64,000 nucleotides of DNA from an uncultured Verrucomicrobiae bacterium. Its GTDB lineage: Bacteria > Chlamydiota > Chlamydiia > Chlamydiales > Rhabdochlamydiaceae. The stretch's first letter is position 1, and each line of letters opens with the position of its first letter. Under the pieces are notes generated by a model. It searched no databases. It saw only the letters and a list, made by a program, of their open reading frames with translations, and was not told the origin of the DNA. The stretch spans positions 1,632,001 through 1,696,000 of the forward strand of contig CAVSUE010000001.1 in the NCBI GenBank assembly GCA_963731265.1, written 5' to 3'. Below are positions 20,368 to 30,652 of this stretch, piece after piece. Both the position numbers and the translations under genes were made by a program.

Positions 20368-21267
20368 ATGACACATTATTTATCCAGCATTACAGAGTCA
20401 CTGAAAGCTTGGCTGCCTCAAAATACCCATACTCAAAAGGCCGCCAGCCTTACCCAAGAAATGGGTTTTCTTCAACAATCCCTGACAGATAGAACAGGTA
20501 CCTTGTTTCAATCCAAAGTTATCGAACACGTACAAGCGATCAGCCAAGAAAAAGAAAAATGCATTAAAGACCTCGAACGGATGAACGGCTCTTATTATCA
20601 AGATCCCGAATCGAACCTTAAGAAAAATTGGGACAAACTCGTCGTATCCGTTAAAACAGCTGTAGGTACCGATGTGGAGCGATTCGAGCAACTGCCGACG
20701 ATTTCCTCTCAATTGGAAAGCGCACCCTCTAGTGAGCGCATAGAAGATGCGAAGAGAAAAGTTAACTCCTATCAATTCATTGAAAAAAAACGGAACAATC
20801 GACAAGCCCAGCTCGGACGCATTGTCGCTACTGAAAAAGCTTCCAAACCCAACACCGACGAACAATTACGGCTAAAGAAAGAATCGCTTCTCAAAAAACA
20901 TCGAGAACTATGCGGCGATTATTTTGGCGATCCTAACGGAAAACTCGACCAGGCCTGGAGAAAGTACCAGACCGCGCTCCAACACGGATCTACCGGAGAG
21001 CATTCTCTTACCGCCTACGAGAACCTGGAAAAACAAAGAAAACAAATCGAAGCGAAACTCTACTCGGTTGAACAGCTGCTCGCCATTCCTGCCAACCCGG
21101 AACGCACCTATGAGACCCTCACCGCAACTTCCATCGCCAGGCAAATCGAAGATGTAAAGGCCGCACAAGCGAAAGAGTCCGGACTATCAGGAATCGACTG
21201 GAAAGGGATTGGCGCTACGGCAGCCACAACAACCCTAATCACAGCCGGCTACTTCCTTTTGGACTAA
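20368..21267 (+). CDS. Hypothetical coiled-coil protein with C-terminal hydrophobic tail
   Basis: 299-aa ORF after AT-rich spacer; K/E/Q-rich; ends IGATAATTTLITAGYFLLD. Confidence 0.7.
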   Translation: MTHYLSSITESLKAWLPQNTHTQKAASLTQEMGFLQQSLTDRTGTLFQSKVIEHVQAISQEKEKCIKDLERMNGSYYQDPESNLKKNWDKLVVSVKTAVGTDVERFEQLPTISSQLESAPSSERIEDAKRKVNSYQFIEKKRNNRQAQLGRIVATEKASKPNTDEQLRLKKESLLKKHRELCGDYFGDPNGKLDQAWRKYQTALQHGSTGEHSLTAYENLEKQRKQIEAKLYSVEQLLAIPANPERTYETLTATSIARQIEDVKAAQAKESGLSGIDWKGIGATAATTTLITAGYFLLD

Positions 21268-21422
21268 TTCCATCCAAGCCAGGCAGGGGAAACACGATTA
21301 ATCAGTCGTTTTCAACTGCCTCCTATTCCTTTGTCCCCGACTGTTTACTTTATCCTTGCGCCCTTCCTGTTTTTTTTCTTCTCATCAAACTTTACAGGCA
21401 CTAAGCTGGAACGCAGTGATGT

Positions 21423-23003
21423 ATGTCTTTCTTATTTCAAATTATTTTTTTATTTGTTTGTCTGGCCGCCAACCCTGAACTTTCGGCTAAAAGAAAAGTT
21501 AACATAACCGAAAGGGAAGTTTCCTCAAGCGGCTCGACTATCAAATCTTTGCACAATAGCTTGGATCCGTATTCCGTCTCTCAGCATTTGGCTTTTTATG
21601 AGCTCTATCCGGAAGCAGCGGAGGGAAAAGCAGCCTTGAGGCGAGCTTGGGAGCTGCTGAATGGCAGATCTCTGCCTGAAAATGAATCCTCGACGCTCTT
21701 ACCGGCCGTGGACATCCAGGCTATTATTTCTTTAGTGACTCGTCAATCCTCAGATTCCCCTGTGACATTAAGCGAGCAGCAGCTCTGTCAGGTCGAAAAA
21801 ATTGCTGGGCGCCTCGCCAACCGCAAGCTCAAAGGACATCAGGCATGGGCGCGGGAAGAGATTTTAAAAATGCCCCCCGAAGAAATCGATTTGGCCCGGG
21901 GGCTACTCCTCTTTCAATTCGATCCTTCCGATGATCTTGTAAATAACGTGCGCCAATACGAGGCCAGCATCGATCTGATGACCTTGCAAATCGGCGCCAG
22001 ACTGCCCCCTAACGCTTCCAATGAAGATAAAATCCGCGAAATCAATCGGTTTATTTTTCAAGAAATGCAATTTCGATTCCCCCCTCACTCTCTTTACGCG
22101 AATGACATCGACCTTTATACCTTTTTACCCGCTGTCCTCGACAGCAGACAAGGGGTATGCCTTGGCGTGTCGATCCTTTATTTGGCCTTAGCTCAGCGCC
22201 TAAGCCTCCCTTTGGAGATCATCACTCCTCCCGGCCACATTTATGTGCGTTATAATAATGGACGTAAAATCATCAATATCGAAACAACGGCGCGAGGCAT
22301 CGATCTCCCTTCGGAGGTCTATCTCGGAATCAATACCCGCCGCCTGCAGCTGCGCAATCTGAAAGAGGTTATCGGTATGGCGTTCATCAACCAAGCTTCC
22401 GTCTTTTGGTCAAAACAGGACTACCCAAAAACTGTCGCACTCTATGAAAAAGCGCTGCTTTTTCTCCCCGGCGACCCTTTATTGAAAATGTTCATGGGCC
22501 TCAATTATCTTTTCATTGGCAGAAATAGCGATGGGAACAAACTCTTCAGAGAAATCCGCCAGCTGACTTTTGATGAAGCGGTTTCTCCTGAAACCCTCCC
22601 CGATGATTATTTAAACGGCAAAATCGATGCCGAGGGGCTCAAAGCGATCTTTCTGCCCGTAGACGAAACGAGAGAATCGATTGTGAAAAAACAAAAAGAA
22701 TTGGAACAAATCGTTAAACGCTATCCAAACTTCCGGGCCGGCCGGCTTCACCTTGCGACAACATGGATGCAGCTTGGCCGCACAAATGAGGCAAAGGAAG
22801 CCCTTGAGACTTATCACAAACTCGATTCCCATTCCTGCATTGTTGAATACTACCTCGCCGTTTTATGTTTGGAGCACTTGGACTATAACCAATCATGGAA
22901 CTATTTCAAGCAGGCCGAAGCGCTCACACAATCCCGCGCGCATCATCCCAAGGCTCTTCTCTCTCTGAAACAGCAGCTGCGCAGAAGCTGTCCCGAACCC
23001 TAA
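21423..23003 (+). CDS. Transglutaminase-like (SirB1/Transglut_core2) and TPR protein with signal peptide
   Basis: VLDSRQGVCLGVSILY, PPGHIYVR, NIETT; helical repeats; near clpB. Confidence 0.75.
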   Translation: MSFLFQIIFLFVCLAANPELSAKRKVNITEREVSSSGSTIKSLHNSLDPYSVSQHLAFYELYPEAAEGKAALRRAWELLNGRSLPENESSTLLPAVDIQAIISLVTRQSSDSPVTLSEQQLCQVEKIAGRLANRKLKGHQAWAREEILKMPPEEIDLARGLLLFQFDPSDDLVNNVRQYEASIDLMTLQIGARLPPNASNEDKIREINRFIFQEMQFRFPPHSLYANDIDLYTFLPAVLDSRQGVCLGVSILYLALAQRLSLPLEIITPPGHIYVRYNNGRKIINIETTARGIDLPSEVYLGINTRRLQLRNLKEVIGMAFINQASVFWSKQDYPKTVALYEKALLFLPGDPLLKMFMGLNYLFIGRNSDGNKLFREIRQLTFDEAVSPETLPDDYLNGKIDAEGLKAIFLPVDETRESIVKKQKELEQIVKRYPNFRAGRLHLATTWMQLGRTNEAKEALETYHKLDSHSCIVEYYLAVLCLEHLDYNQSWNYFKQAEALTQSRAHHPKALLSLKQQLRRSCPEP

Positions 23004-23112
23004 TTTCCTCTGGGAAAATTTCTCTTCGGCGATTTTTTTTTAAAATTGGTTTGCAATTAATCCATATTTCTTTACCATGCAGATTATGAGAACCTAAAAT
23101 ACGGAGAGACGT

Positions 23113-24318
23113 ATGAAGCAATTTTCTCTAGCAACGATCCCATTGCTCTGCGCGGCGATAGCGCCTCTTTGCGCAGACAATGTGGACAATTTGATCAGTC
23201 AGACTGGAAATGGGAACGGTAACAACCAGTCCCAAATGTCTGGCACGAACAATCAAAAACGAAAAATGGAAGCTCAAAGACAATTTGAGCAAAGATGGCG
23301 TGACAATCAAATCACCCCAGAAGCGAAACCAAACACGGAAGGACAAAGCTGGAATCCGATCGTCACTGCGGATTTCATCTATTGGAAAGCCTATTCACAA
23401 GGCCTTGCATATGCTTATGATGGAGTATCAAACGCCCCTAGCGCTGTACCACCATCGGCATCGTCAGGAAAAGTCATGCGTCCCACATTTGATTGGGAGC
23501 CAGGCTTCAAACTCGGATTTGGCAACAAATTCGCTCATGACGGTTGGGATGCATATGTGCAATACACATGGCTTCACGCTGATGCAGACGATGATGAAGA
23601 AGAAACAAATTGCTGCGTAACAACATGCAGCTCTTCGAAGTCGGACTATTGGTTGGCCACTAACGCCTGCCCTGAAGCCGTCTTAGCTTCCTGCGAAGGT
23701 GCAAAATGGAAGTTGAACAGCTTCAACGTCCTCGATTTCGAAGTAGGAAGAAATTTCTATATGAGTAAATTTCTGACGATGAGACCGTTCGGCGGCTTGA
23801 AATTCTCATGGCAAAGGCAGAAATATAATGTCGCTTATGATGATATCCTATTCGTGGGAGATCAAGGCGGCACTCCATCTTCAAACATTGTCATCCCTCT
23901 TGCATCTGACATCGAACTGAAGTTGAAGCAAAAAGAATTCGGCGTAGGCCTCCGTGCAGGTATGAATACAGCTTGGTATTTCTGCAAATGGCTAGGCGCT
24001 TATGGCGATTTCGCACTAACCGGCCTTTGGAACCATTTCAAAGAAAACCGTACGGTCTCTGTAGCCTCACCTACAGGCACTTTTAATAGCGAAGTCATCA
24101 AAGATAAAGTCTATGATGTGACGGGTGTCATTGAAATCGGGCTCGGTCTCTTCTTTGACTGGGCATGGCATGATGATGACTACATGTTATCATTGGCCGC
24201 TGGATGGGAAACACAAGTGTGGCTCAATCAGAACAATTTCATCTACCTGATGAACAATAATGCCCCTGGAAACCTTTCATTCCAAGGTTTCACACTCGAA
24301 CTTGCTTTCGGGTTCTAA
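23113..24318 (+). CDS. MOMP-like / Lpg1974-family outer membrane porin, paralog 1
   Basis: Signal peptide, ADFIYWKA, WEPGFKLG, GWD, AGWETQVW, GNLSFQG, terminal Phe. Confidence 0.82.
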   Translation: MKQFSLATIPLLCAAIAPLCADNVDNLISQTGNGNGNNQSQMSGTNNQKRKMEAQRQFEQRWRDNQITPEAKPNTEGQSWNPIVTADFIYWKAYSQGLAYAYDGVSNAPSAVPPSASSGKVMRPTFDWEPGFKLGFGNKFAHDGWDAYVQYTWLHADADDDEEETNCCVTTCSSSKSDYWLATNACPEAVLASCEGAKWKLNSFNVLDFEVGRNFYMSKFLTMRPFGGLKFSWQRQKYNVAYDDILFVGDQGGTPSSNIVIPLASDIELKLKQKEFGVGLRAGMNTAWYFCKWLGAYGDFALTGLWNHFKENRTVSVASPTGTFNSEVIKDKVYDVTGVIEIGLGLFFDWAWHDDDYMLSLAAGWETQVWLNQNNFIYLMNNNAPGNLSFQGFTLELAFGF

Positions 24319-24344
24319 TATTCTAAGGCACTCTTAGAAGCAAT

Positions 24345-24377
24345 GCCGCTCTCGTTAACTCGAGAGCGGTTTTTTTT
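24345..24377 (+). terminator. Rho-independent terminator
   Basis: GCCGCTCTCG-loop-CGAGAGCGGT followed by T run. Confidence 0.85.
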
Positions 24378-24461
24378 ATTTCAAAAAAAAATCGTTTTGA
24401 AAAAAATTCAACGAAATACATATAAATCTAGGCATGCCGATGTGGCATTCAACCAAGGGGT

Positions 24462-25673
24462 ATGATGATGAAGCAATTTTCTCTAGCAACAATTTCATTG
24501 CTCTGCGCAACGATAGCGCCTCTTTGCGCAGACAATGCGGAGAACCTGATTAGCCAATATGAAAGTGGGAACAATGGTTCAAGCCGATCCCAAAGGTCTG
24601 GCATGGACAATCAAAAAAGAAAGTTAGAAGCACAAAAGCAATTCGAGCAAAGATGGCGCGACAATCAGATCACCCCAGTAGTGCCGCTAAAACCGGATGG
24701 ATGGTCCAACCCCTTCATTACAGCGGATTTCATCTATTGGAAAGCCTATTCGGATGGCCTTGCGTATGCCTATGATGGAGTAGCAAATGCTCCTAGTGCT
24801 GTGCCTCCAGATGCGATGTCGGGAACGGTCATGCGTCCCAAATTTGAATGGGAACCTGGCTTCAAACTAGGCCTTGGCAACAAGTTCGCTTATGACGGTT
24901 GGGATCTTTATGCCCAATACACATGGCTTCATGCTGACGCAGACGACGATCAGGAAGAAACAGAGTGCTGCGTCACAGAATGCCGTACAGGTAAGTCCAA
25001 TTACTGGCTGGCGACAAATGCTTGCCCAGAAGCCATCCTCATAAGTTGTGAAGGCGCAAAGTGGAAATTAAACAGCTTCAACGTTCTCGATCTTGAAATG
25101 GGAAGAGATTTTTACATCAGCAAATTCCTGACGATGAGGCCCTTTGGCGGCTTGAAGTTCTCCTGGATGAGACAGAAATATAAAGTCGACTATGATGATG
25201 TCCTATTCGTGGGAGATCAAAGCGGCACTCCATCTTCAAACATTGTCATCCCCATTGGATCTGACGTAAACATGAGTTTTAAGCAAAAACAATTCGGAGT
25301 CGGCCTGCGCGCAGGGATGAATACTGCCTGGTACTTCTGCAAATGGCTAGGCGCTTATGGCGATTTCGCAATGACGGGTCTTTGGAACCATTTCAAAGAA
25401 AAACGTAAGGTCGATGTAGACGCACTTACCGGCTCTTGGAACAGCGAAAACATCAAAGACAAAGTTTATGATGTGACAGCTGTTCTGGAAATCGGGCTCG
25501 GTCTTTTCTTTGACTGGAGATTCAGTAACGATGCCTACATGTTGACATTGGCCGCCGGCTGGGAAACTCAAGTTTGGTTCAATCAGAACAACTTCATCTA
25601 CTTGATGAACAACAATGCCCCTGGAAACCTTTCTTTCCAAGGCTTTACCCTGAAAGCTGGTTTCGCATTCTAA
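24462..25673 (+). CDS. MOMP-like / Lpg1974-family outer membrane porin, paralog 2
   Basis: Colinear paralog of 23113-24318; terminal AGFAF. Confidence 0.82.
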   Translation: MMMKQFSLATISLLCATIAPLCADNAENLISQYESGNNGSSRSQRSGMDNQKRKLEAQKQFEQRWRDNQITPVVPLKPDGWSNPFITADFIYWKAYSDGLAYAYDGVANAPSAVPPDAMSGTVMRPKFEWEPGFKLGLGNKFAYDGWDLYAQYTWLHADADDDQEETECCVTECRTGKSNYWLATNACPEAILISCEGAKWKLNSFNVLDLEMGRDFYISKFLTMRPFGGLKFSWMRQKYKVDYDDVLFVGDQSGTPSSNIVIPIGSDVNMSFKQKQFGVGLRAGMNTAWYFCKWLGAYGDFAMTGLWNHFKEKRKVDVDALTGSWNSENIKDKVYDVTAVLEIGLGLFFDWRFSNDAYMLTLAAGWETQVWFNQNNFIYLMNNNAPGNLSFQGFTLKAGFAF

Positions 25674-25692
25674 TTCTAAGCCCTCTCCTTAG

Positions 25693-25730
25693 AAAAACCG
25701 CTCTTGTTCATTCAAGAGCGGTTTTTTTTT
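25693..25730 (+). terminator. Rho-independent terminator
   Basis: AAAAACCGCTCTTG-loop-CAAGAGCGGT followed by T run. Confidence 0.85.
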
Positions 25731-25780
25731 ATTCCCCCTTAAAAATGCTTTTAGATAAACTCAAGTAAAAGGAGAATTTC

Positions 25781-26350
25781 ATGCGGCTAGTCCCCCGTTT
25801 CAAAAATTTTTGGATTAGTTCCTGCGTCAAAGCCGCTATAATCAACTTGCGAAGCCTGCGGTCTTCGATTCTAGGGAGCTTTCACGCTAGAAATTATCCA
25901 AGAGCGTTCGTACCTTTTGTCCTTGTTGTAACAAGCGTTATCCTGTCCTTTTCCTCACTGCAAGCCCAGATTGTTTTAGACGAGGTCATGTCGAAAGATG
26001 ATCAGAAGAAGACAGGAGTCGCCAACATGAACAAGAATCAGAAAATCGCCTTGGAAGCATGGCTGAATAACAATTTTACCCTTAAAACCGAGCCTGAAGC
26101 CCCCGAGCCCGCACTTTCTCTCTCTATCAACATCGACAACGGCAAAAAAATCCAATTGTCGGATAATTCCATCTGGGAAATTTCTCCCTCCGATTTACCT
26201 GCGTCAGCCCTTTGGCTGACTCCCTTTCCCGTTAAAATCACTCCTAGCGCCGATACTAATTACCCTAGCCTGATCGTCAATCTAAATTCCGGCGTCAGCG
26301 TCAAAGCCCGCTGCATCTCGGCTCCTACATCTTCTTCTGATTATCCGTAA
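25781..26350 (+). CDS. Hypothetical exported protein carrying an in-frame palindromic element in its N-terminus
   Basis: AGGAG SD 6 nt before ATG; hydrophobic AFVPFVLVVTSVILSFSSLQA segment after the repeat-derived peptide. Confidence 0.75.
   Translation: MRLVPRFKNFWISSCVKAAIINLRSLRSSILGSFHARNYPRAFVPFVLVVTSVILSFSSLQAQIVLDEVMSKDDQKKTGVANMNKNQKIALEAWLNNNFTLKTEPEAPEPALSLSINIDNGKKIQLSDNSIWEISPSDLPASALWLTPFPVKITPSADTNYPSLIVNLNSGVSVKARCISAPTSSSDYP
25787..25901. repeat. Family I element inside coding sequence (right TIR lost)
   Basis: CTAGTCCCCCGTTTCAAAAATTTTTG matches 8940; GAGCTTTCACGCTAGAAATTATC is the reverse complement of 8967-8989. Confidence 0.85.
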
Positions 26351-26358
26351 CTCTCTCT

Positions 26359-26387
26359 TTGACATAGCATAAAAAACTAAGTAATAT
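26359..26387 (+). promoter_or_regulatory. Sigma66/70 promoter of clpB
   Basis: TTGACA-17 bp-TAATAT, then AGGAGG SD. Confidence 0.65.
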
Positions 26388-26406
26388 TTAGCTCCCAGGA
26401 GGAATT

Positions 26407-29013
26407 ATGGCTCAGCAATTTACAGAATCTGTCCGCGATGCTTTGGAGAAAGCTTTTAACATTGCGCAAGAACGCAACCATGCCGAAGTGAATGACAATC
26501 ACTTATTGAACGCTTTTTTTGAAGATCCTCATGGCTATTTTTGGACGCTTTCTGCCGCTTTAAATTTAAATGCCGAAAGCTTGATTCCGCAGCTCGAAGC
26601 CGCTTTAAATAGAGTCCCCACTTTCAGCGCGGGGCCGCAGACTCCAGCCATTTCCCCTCAATTGCAAAATCGGATTGCAGAAGCACAGATCATCGCCAAA
26701 AAATGGAATGACGCCTACATCAGCAGCGATCATTTTTTTTATGTCTTTTGGCAATCGGGAAGCGATCCTTTCGCCAGCTGGAAAAAAAGCAGCAATCTGA
26801 ATCTCAAAGAACTTGAAGGCCGCATCAAACAAATGAGAGGGTCGGTACAAATGGATTCGCCCACCGCAGAAGCTAGTCTCCAAGCCTTAGATAAATACTG
26901 CAAAAATCTCACTCACTTGGCGAAAGCAGGAAAACTCGACCCTGTGATTGGAAGAGATGATGAAATCCGCCGTACGATGCAAGTTTTAAGCCGGCGCACT
27001 AAGAACAATCCCCTTTTGATCGGCGAGCCCGGCGTTGGTAAAACAGCGATCGCAGAAGGTCTTGCTCTGCGTATCATCCAAGGCGATGTTCCAGATCCCC
27101 TCAAAGACAAGCAACTTTTCGTCCTCGATATGGGAAGTTTGATTGCAGGGACCAAATATCGGGGGGAGTTCGAAGAGCGGCTTAAAGGGATTCTTAAAGA
27201 GATCGAAAAGAGCGAGGGCAAAATCCTGCTCTTCATCGACGAGGTCCACACACTAGTGGGAGCCGGCGCTACTGAAGGAGCCATGGATGCGGCGAACTTA
27301 TTAAAACCTGCGCTAGCGCGTGGCACGCTGCATTGTATCGGAGCGACAACCCTAAACGAATACAAAAAATACATTGAAAAAGATCCCGCCTTAGAACGCA
27401 GGTTCCAACCCGTGCTCATCGAAGAGCCTTCTTTGGAGGACTCGATAGCCATTCTGCGCGGCCTTCGGGAACGTTATGAGATCTACCACGGCGTGCATAT
27501 TACAGAGAGCGCTCTGCATTCAGCTGTTTACCTCTCGGCAAGATATATCACAGATCGTAGACTTCCAGATAAAGCAATCGATCTGATCGACGAGGCAGCG
27601 AGCATGATCCGCCTCCAGATCGGTAGCGTACCTCTTCCGATTGACATTAAGGAAAGAGAGCTTTCCAGCCTTATCGTCAAACAAGAAGGCTTAAGACGGG
27701 AGGATACTCCGACGTCACACTCCGAAGCGGAAAAAATGCAAGGCCAAATTGCCAAAGCTAAAGAAGAACTCTCCCTGTTCCGTGAAAGATGGAACCAGGA
27801 AAAGAAATTGATCGAGCAGGTTAAAGAAAAGAAAAACAACCTTGAAAACTTGCGTTTCCAAGAAGAAGAGGCGGAACGCGCTGCTGACTATAACAAAGTC
27901 GCCGAATTGCGCTATAGCATCCTCCCTAAGACCAAAAAAGAACTCGAAGAAGCTCAAATCAAACTTCTTAGCCTTCCCAATCGCATGTTGCAAGAAGAAG
28001 TGGATGAACCCCTGATCGCCCAAATCGTCGCCAAATGGACGGGCATTCCGCTCAATCGCATGCTCGAAGGGGAAGCGGAGCGGTTATTGCATTTAGAAAA
28101 AGAGCTCGGAGAACGCGTCGTAGGACAATCTTTTGCCGTACAGGCCGTCAGCCAGGCAATCCGCCGTTCCCGCGCTGGGCTGAACGACCCTTCGCGGCCT
28201 GTCGGCGTCTTTTTGTTCGTTGGCCCCACGGGGGTTGGCAAAACAGAGCTTGTCAAAGCGCTGGCTAATCAGCTCTTCAACCAAGAAGAGGCCATCATCC
28301 GACTCGACATGTCAGAATACATGGAAAAACACAGCGTCGCCAAATTAATCGGCTCGCCTCCAGGCTACGTCGGATACGAAGAAGGGGGACAACTTACTGA
28401 AGCGTTAAGAAGGCGCCCTTATTCTGTTGTCCTTTTCGATGAGATTGAAAAAGCCCATCACGATGTTTTTAATATCCTGCTGCAGATCTTTGACGATGGA
28501 AGGCTAACTGACAGCAAAGGGCGTACGGTCAATTGCAAAAATGCTCTTTTCATCATGACATCGAACCTGGGTTCGGATCTTTTGCTCCACCAGATCCGTT
28601 CGCAGGCGGTTGGATGGACCAAAGAAGAAGTGCTTGTTATCGTTGAGCCCGTTCTAAAGATGCATTTTCGTCCAGAGCTCCTGAATCGACTCGACGAAAT
28701 TCTTCCCTTTCTCCCCTTGCAAAAGAAAGACATGGAAAGGATCGCGTTAATCCAACTGAAACGCGTGGCCGATAGACTCGTAGAGCGGAGCATCAAGCTC
28801 GAATGGGAAAAGCCCATTCTAGCCTATCTTGCCGAGAAAGGCTACGATCCACTGTATGGCGCACGCCCGCTAAAACGACTTATTCAACAAGAAGTTGTCA
28901 ACCTTCTTTCGACAGCAATCCTAAAAGGTGACATCAAAAACAATTTCAACGTGATGCTGACATTGCGCAAAGAAAAAGAAGGCGAAATGATTCAATTCAA
29001 GGCGGCCAAATGA
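26407..29013 (+). CDS. clpB: ATP-dependent chaperone ClpB
   Basis: Two AAA modules ([16 protein letters not shown]), coiled-coil M domain, GARPLKR. Confidence 0.97.
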   Translation: MAQQFTESVRDALEKAFNIAQERNHAEVNDNHLLNAFFEDPHGYFWTLSAALNLNAESLIPQLEAALNRVPTFSAGPQTPAISPQLQNRIAEAQIIAKKWNDAYISSDHFFYVFWQSGSDPFASWKKSSNLNLKELEGRIKQMRGSVQMDSPTAEASLQALDKYCKNLTHLAKAGKLDPVIGRDDEIRRTMQVLSRRTKNNPLLIGEPGVGKTAIAEGLALRIIQGDVPDPLKDKQLFVLDMGSLIAGTKYRGEFEERLKGILKEIEKSEGKILLFIDEVHTLVGAGATEGAMDAANLLKPALARGTLHCIGATTLNEYKKYIEKDPALERRFQPVLIEEPSLEDSIAILRGLRERYEIYHGVHITESALHSAVYLSARYITDRRLPDKAIDLIDEAASMIRLQIGSVPLPIDIKERELSSLIVKQEGLRREDTPTSHSEAEKMQGQIAKAKEELSLFRERWNQEKKLIEQVKEKKNNLENLRFQEEEAERAADYNKVAELRYSILPKTKKELEEAQIKLLSLPNRMLQEEVDEPLIAQIVAKWTGIPLNRMLEGEAERLLHLEKELGERVVGQSFAVQAVSQAIRRSRAGLNDPSRPVGVFLFVGPTGVGKTELVKALANQLFNQEEAIIRLDMSEYMEKHSVAKLIGSPPGYVGYEEGGQLTEALRRRPYSVVLFDEIEKAHHDVFNILLQIFDDGRLTDSKGRTVNCKNALFIMTSNLGSDLLLHQIRSQAVGWTKEEVLVIVEPVLKMHFRPELLNRLDEILPFLPLQKKDMERIALIQLKRVADRLVERSIKLEWEKPILAYLAEKGYDPLYGARPLKRLIQQEVVNLLSTAILKGDIKNNFNVMLTLRKEKEGEMIQFKAAK

Positions 29014-29112
29014 GAGGTAAAGCGAGTTGTCGATTGATTATGATGATTTACAGGTGGAAGGGAAATACAGACGATTTTTTTTTAATGTTACAATCTTGTG
29101 CGGAGGAGCCCT

Positions 29113-30621
29113 ATGCCGAAAAGCTTAAATGAAAAAGAAATACCTGGCTTTACATCACCTATTCAGACTTATCTTCCTCCCTATTTTGAAGAAAATGATC
29201 GGCTTACAAAAATCGAACCTCTTTTTCCCGAAATAGATGAGATGTATAAAAACCATGCCAAAAAAAATAGTTACCCAGGATATGCTTATGGGATTTTGTT
29301 AGATGGGCAATTGATATATTCTGGGAGCGGAGGTTTTATTAATATTGATAAAAAGATTCCGGCTACTCCTCAATCTATGTTTCGTATTGCTTCGATGACA
29401 AAAAGCTTCACCGCAATGGCGATTTTAAAGCTTCGTGATGAAGGAAAATTACAATTAGATGATCCTATAGATTTCTATATTCCAGAAATGCAGACACAGC
29501 ATTTAACTGATGATGCTCCTGCGATTACAATTAGAGACCTATTGGTGCATTCTGCAGGCTTTCCTACAGATGATCCTTGGGCCGATAGAAAATTGGATGA
29601 AACTGTAGAACAGCTTGTTGAATTACTAAAAAAGAAAATATCCTTCTCTAATTCCTCCGGAGTAGTATTTGAATATAGCAACTTAGGCTATACCATTTTA
29701 GGCTATCTGATTAAAAAAATAACCGGTATTTCTCATCAAGAATTCATCGAAAATATTTGCCACTCTTTAGGAATGACGTCTTATTGGGAGTATTCACAAA
29801 TTCCGGAAGTTCAACTAGCCCATGGATATAGTTTTAAAGATGAAGAATGGAAAGAAGAGCCACTACTTCATGATGGAATTTTCGGAGCGATGGGTGGGTT
29901 GATTACCTCTATTGAATCCTTTGGCCGATATGTTGCTTCCCATCAAACTGCTTGGCCACCACGAAATGACAGAGAATTAGGACCTATCCAACGAAGCTCT
30001 ATCCGCGAAATGCATCAACCTTGGAAGTTTATAAAATTAGAAACAGGTTTCAAGTATGCATATGGAAATGAATGTTCATTAATGAGCGCTTATGGATATG
30101 GATTGAAATGGCTAAGAGATTCCTTGGGCCGGGTTTTTATAGGGCACAGAGGAGGACTACCGGGTTTTGGAAGCAATTGGTTCTTTCTTCCAGAGTATGG
30201 ATTAGGAATCGTCTCTTTTGCTAACAGCACCTATGCGGACACATCGAAAATTGATTTAGACATACTAAACAAACTATTAGTCGAAGCAAAATTACAACCA
30301 AGGCAATTGCCCCCTTCCGATATATTAAAAGACAAAAAAAACAAAATATTATTGTTGTTGCCACATTGGGAAAATGTCACAGATGGTATTTTTGCAGACA
30401 ATTTCTTCTTAGATCGATCTCTAGAATCAATACAGCAGGAATCGAAAAATTTATTTTCAAAAGCGGGTAACATCATTTCGATTGACGAAGTTATTGCGGA
30501 AAACCAACTGAGAGGTCATTTTATTCTCAGAGGAGAAAAGGCGGATTTACAAATTAATTTCGCCTTAACTCCTGAACATCCATGCTTAATTCTGCAATAT
30601 CAGATCAAAGAAGTTAAATAA
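29113..30621 (+). CDS. Serine hydrolase, beta-lactamase/AmpC-like family
   Basis: FRIASMTKSF (SxxK), YSN, GHRGGLPGF; visibly AT-rich. Confidence 0.85.
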   Translation: MPKSLNEKEIPGFTSPIQTYLPPYFEENDRLTKIEPLFPEIDEMYKNHAKKNSYPGYAYGILLDGQLIYSGSGGFINIDKKIPATPQSMFRIASMTKSFTAMAILKLRDEGKLQLDDPIDFYIPEMQTQHLTDDAPAITIRDLLVHSAGFPTDDPWADRKLDETVEQLVELLKKKISFSNSSGVVFEYSNLGYTILGYLIKKITGISHQEFIENICHSLGMTSYWEYSQIPEVQLAHGYSFKDEEWKEEPLLHDGIFGAMGGLITSIESFGRYVASHQTAWPPRNDRELGPIQRSSIREMHQPWKFIKLETGFKYAYGNECSLMSAYGYGLKWLRDSLGRVFIGHRGGLPGFGSNWFFLPEYGLGIVSFANSTYADTSKIDLDILNKLLVEAKLQPRQLPPSDILKDKKNKILLLLPHWENVTDGIFADNFFLDRSLESIQQESKNLFSKAGNIISIDEVIAENQLRGHFILRGEKADLQINFALTPEHPCLILQYQIKEVK

Positions 30622-30652
30622 CATTGAGATGCGTGTCCGTGCTCGTTTTTCT

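Noticed and set aside
26340..26406. CIRCE/HrcA operator before clpB (and htpX)
   Set aside because: Only half-site-like words (TAGCA, TTGGCACT); no TTAGCACTC-N9-GAGTGCTAA inverted repeat
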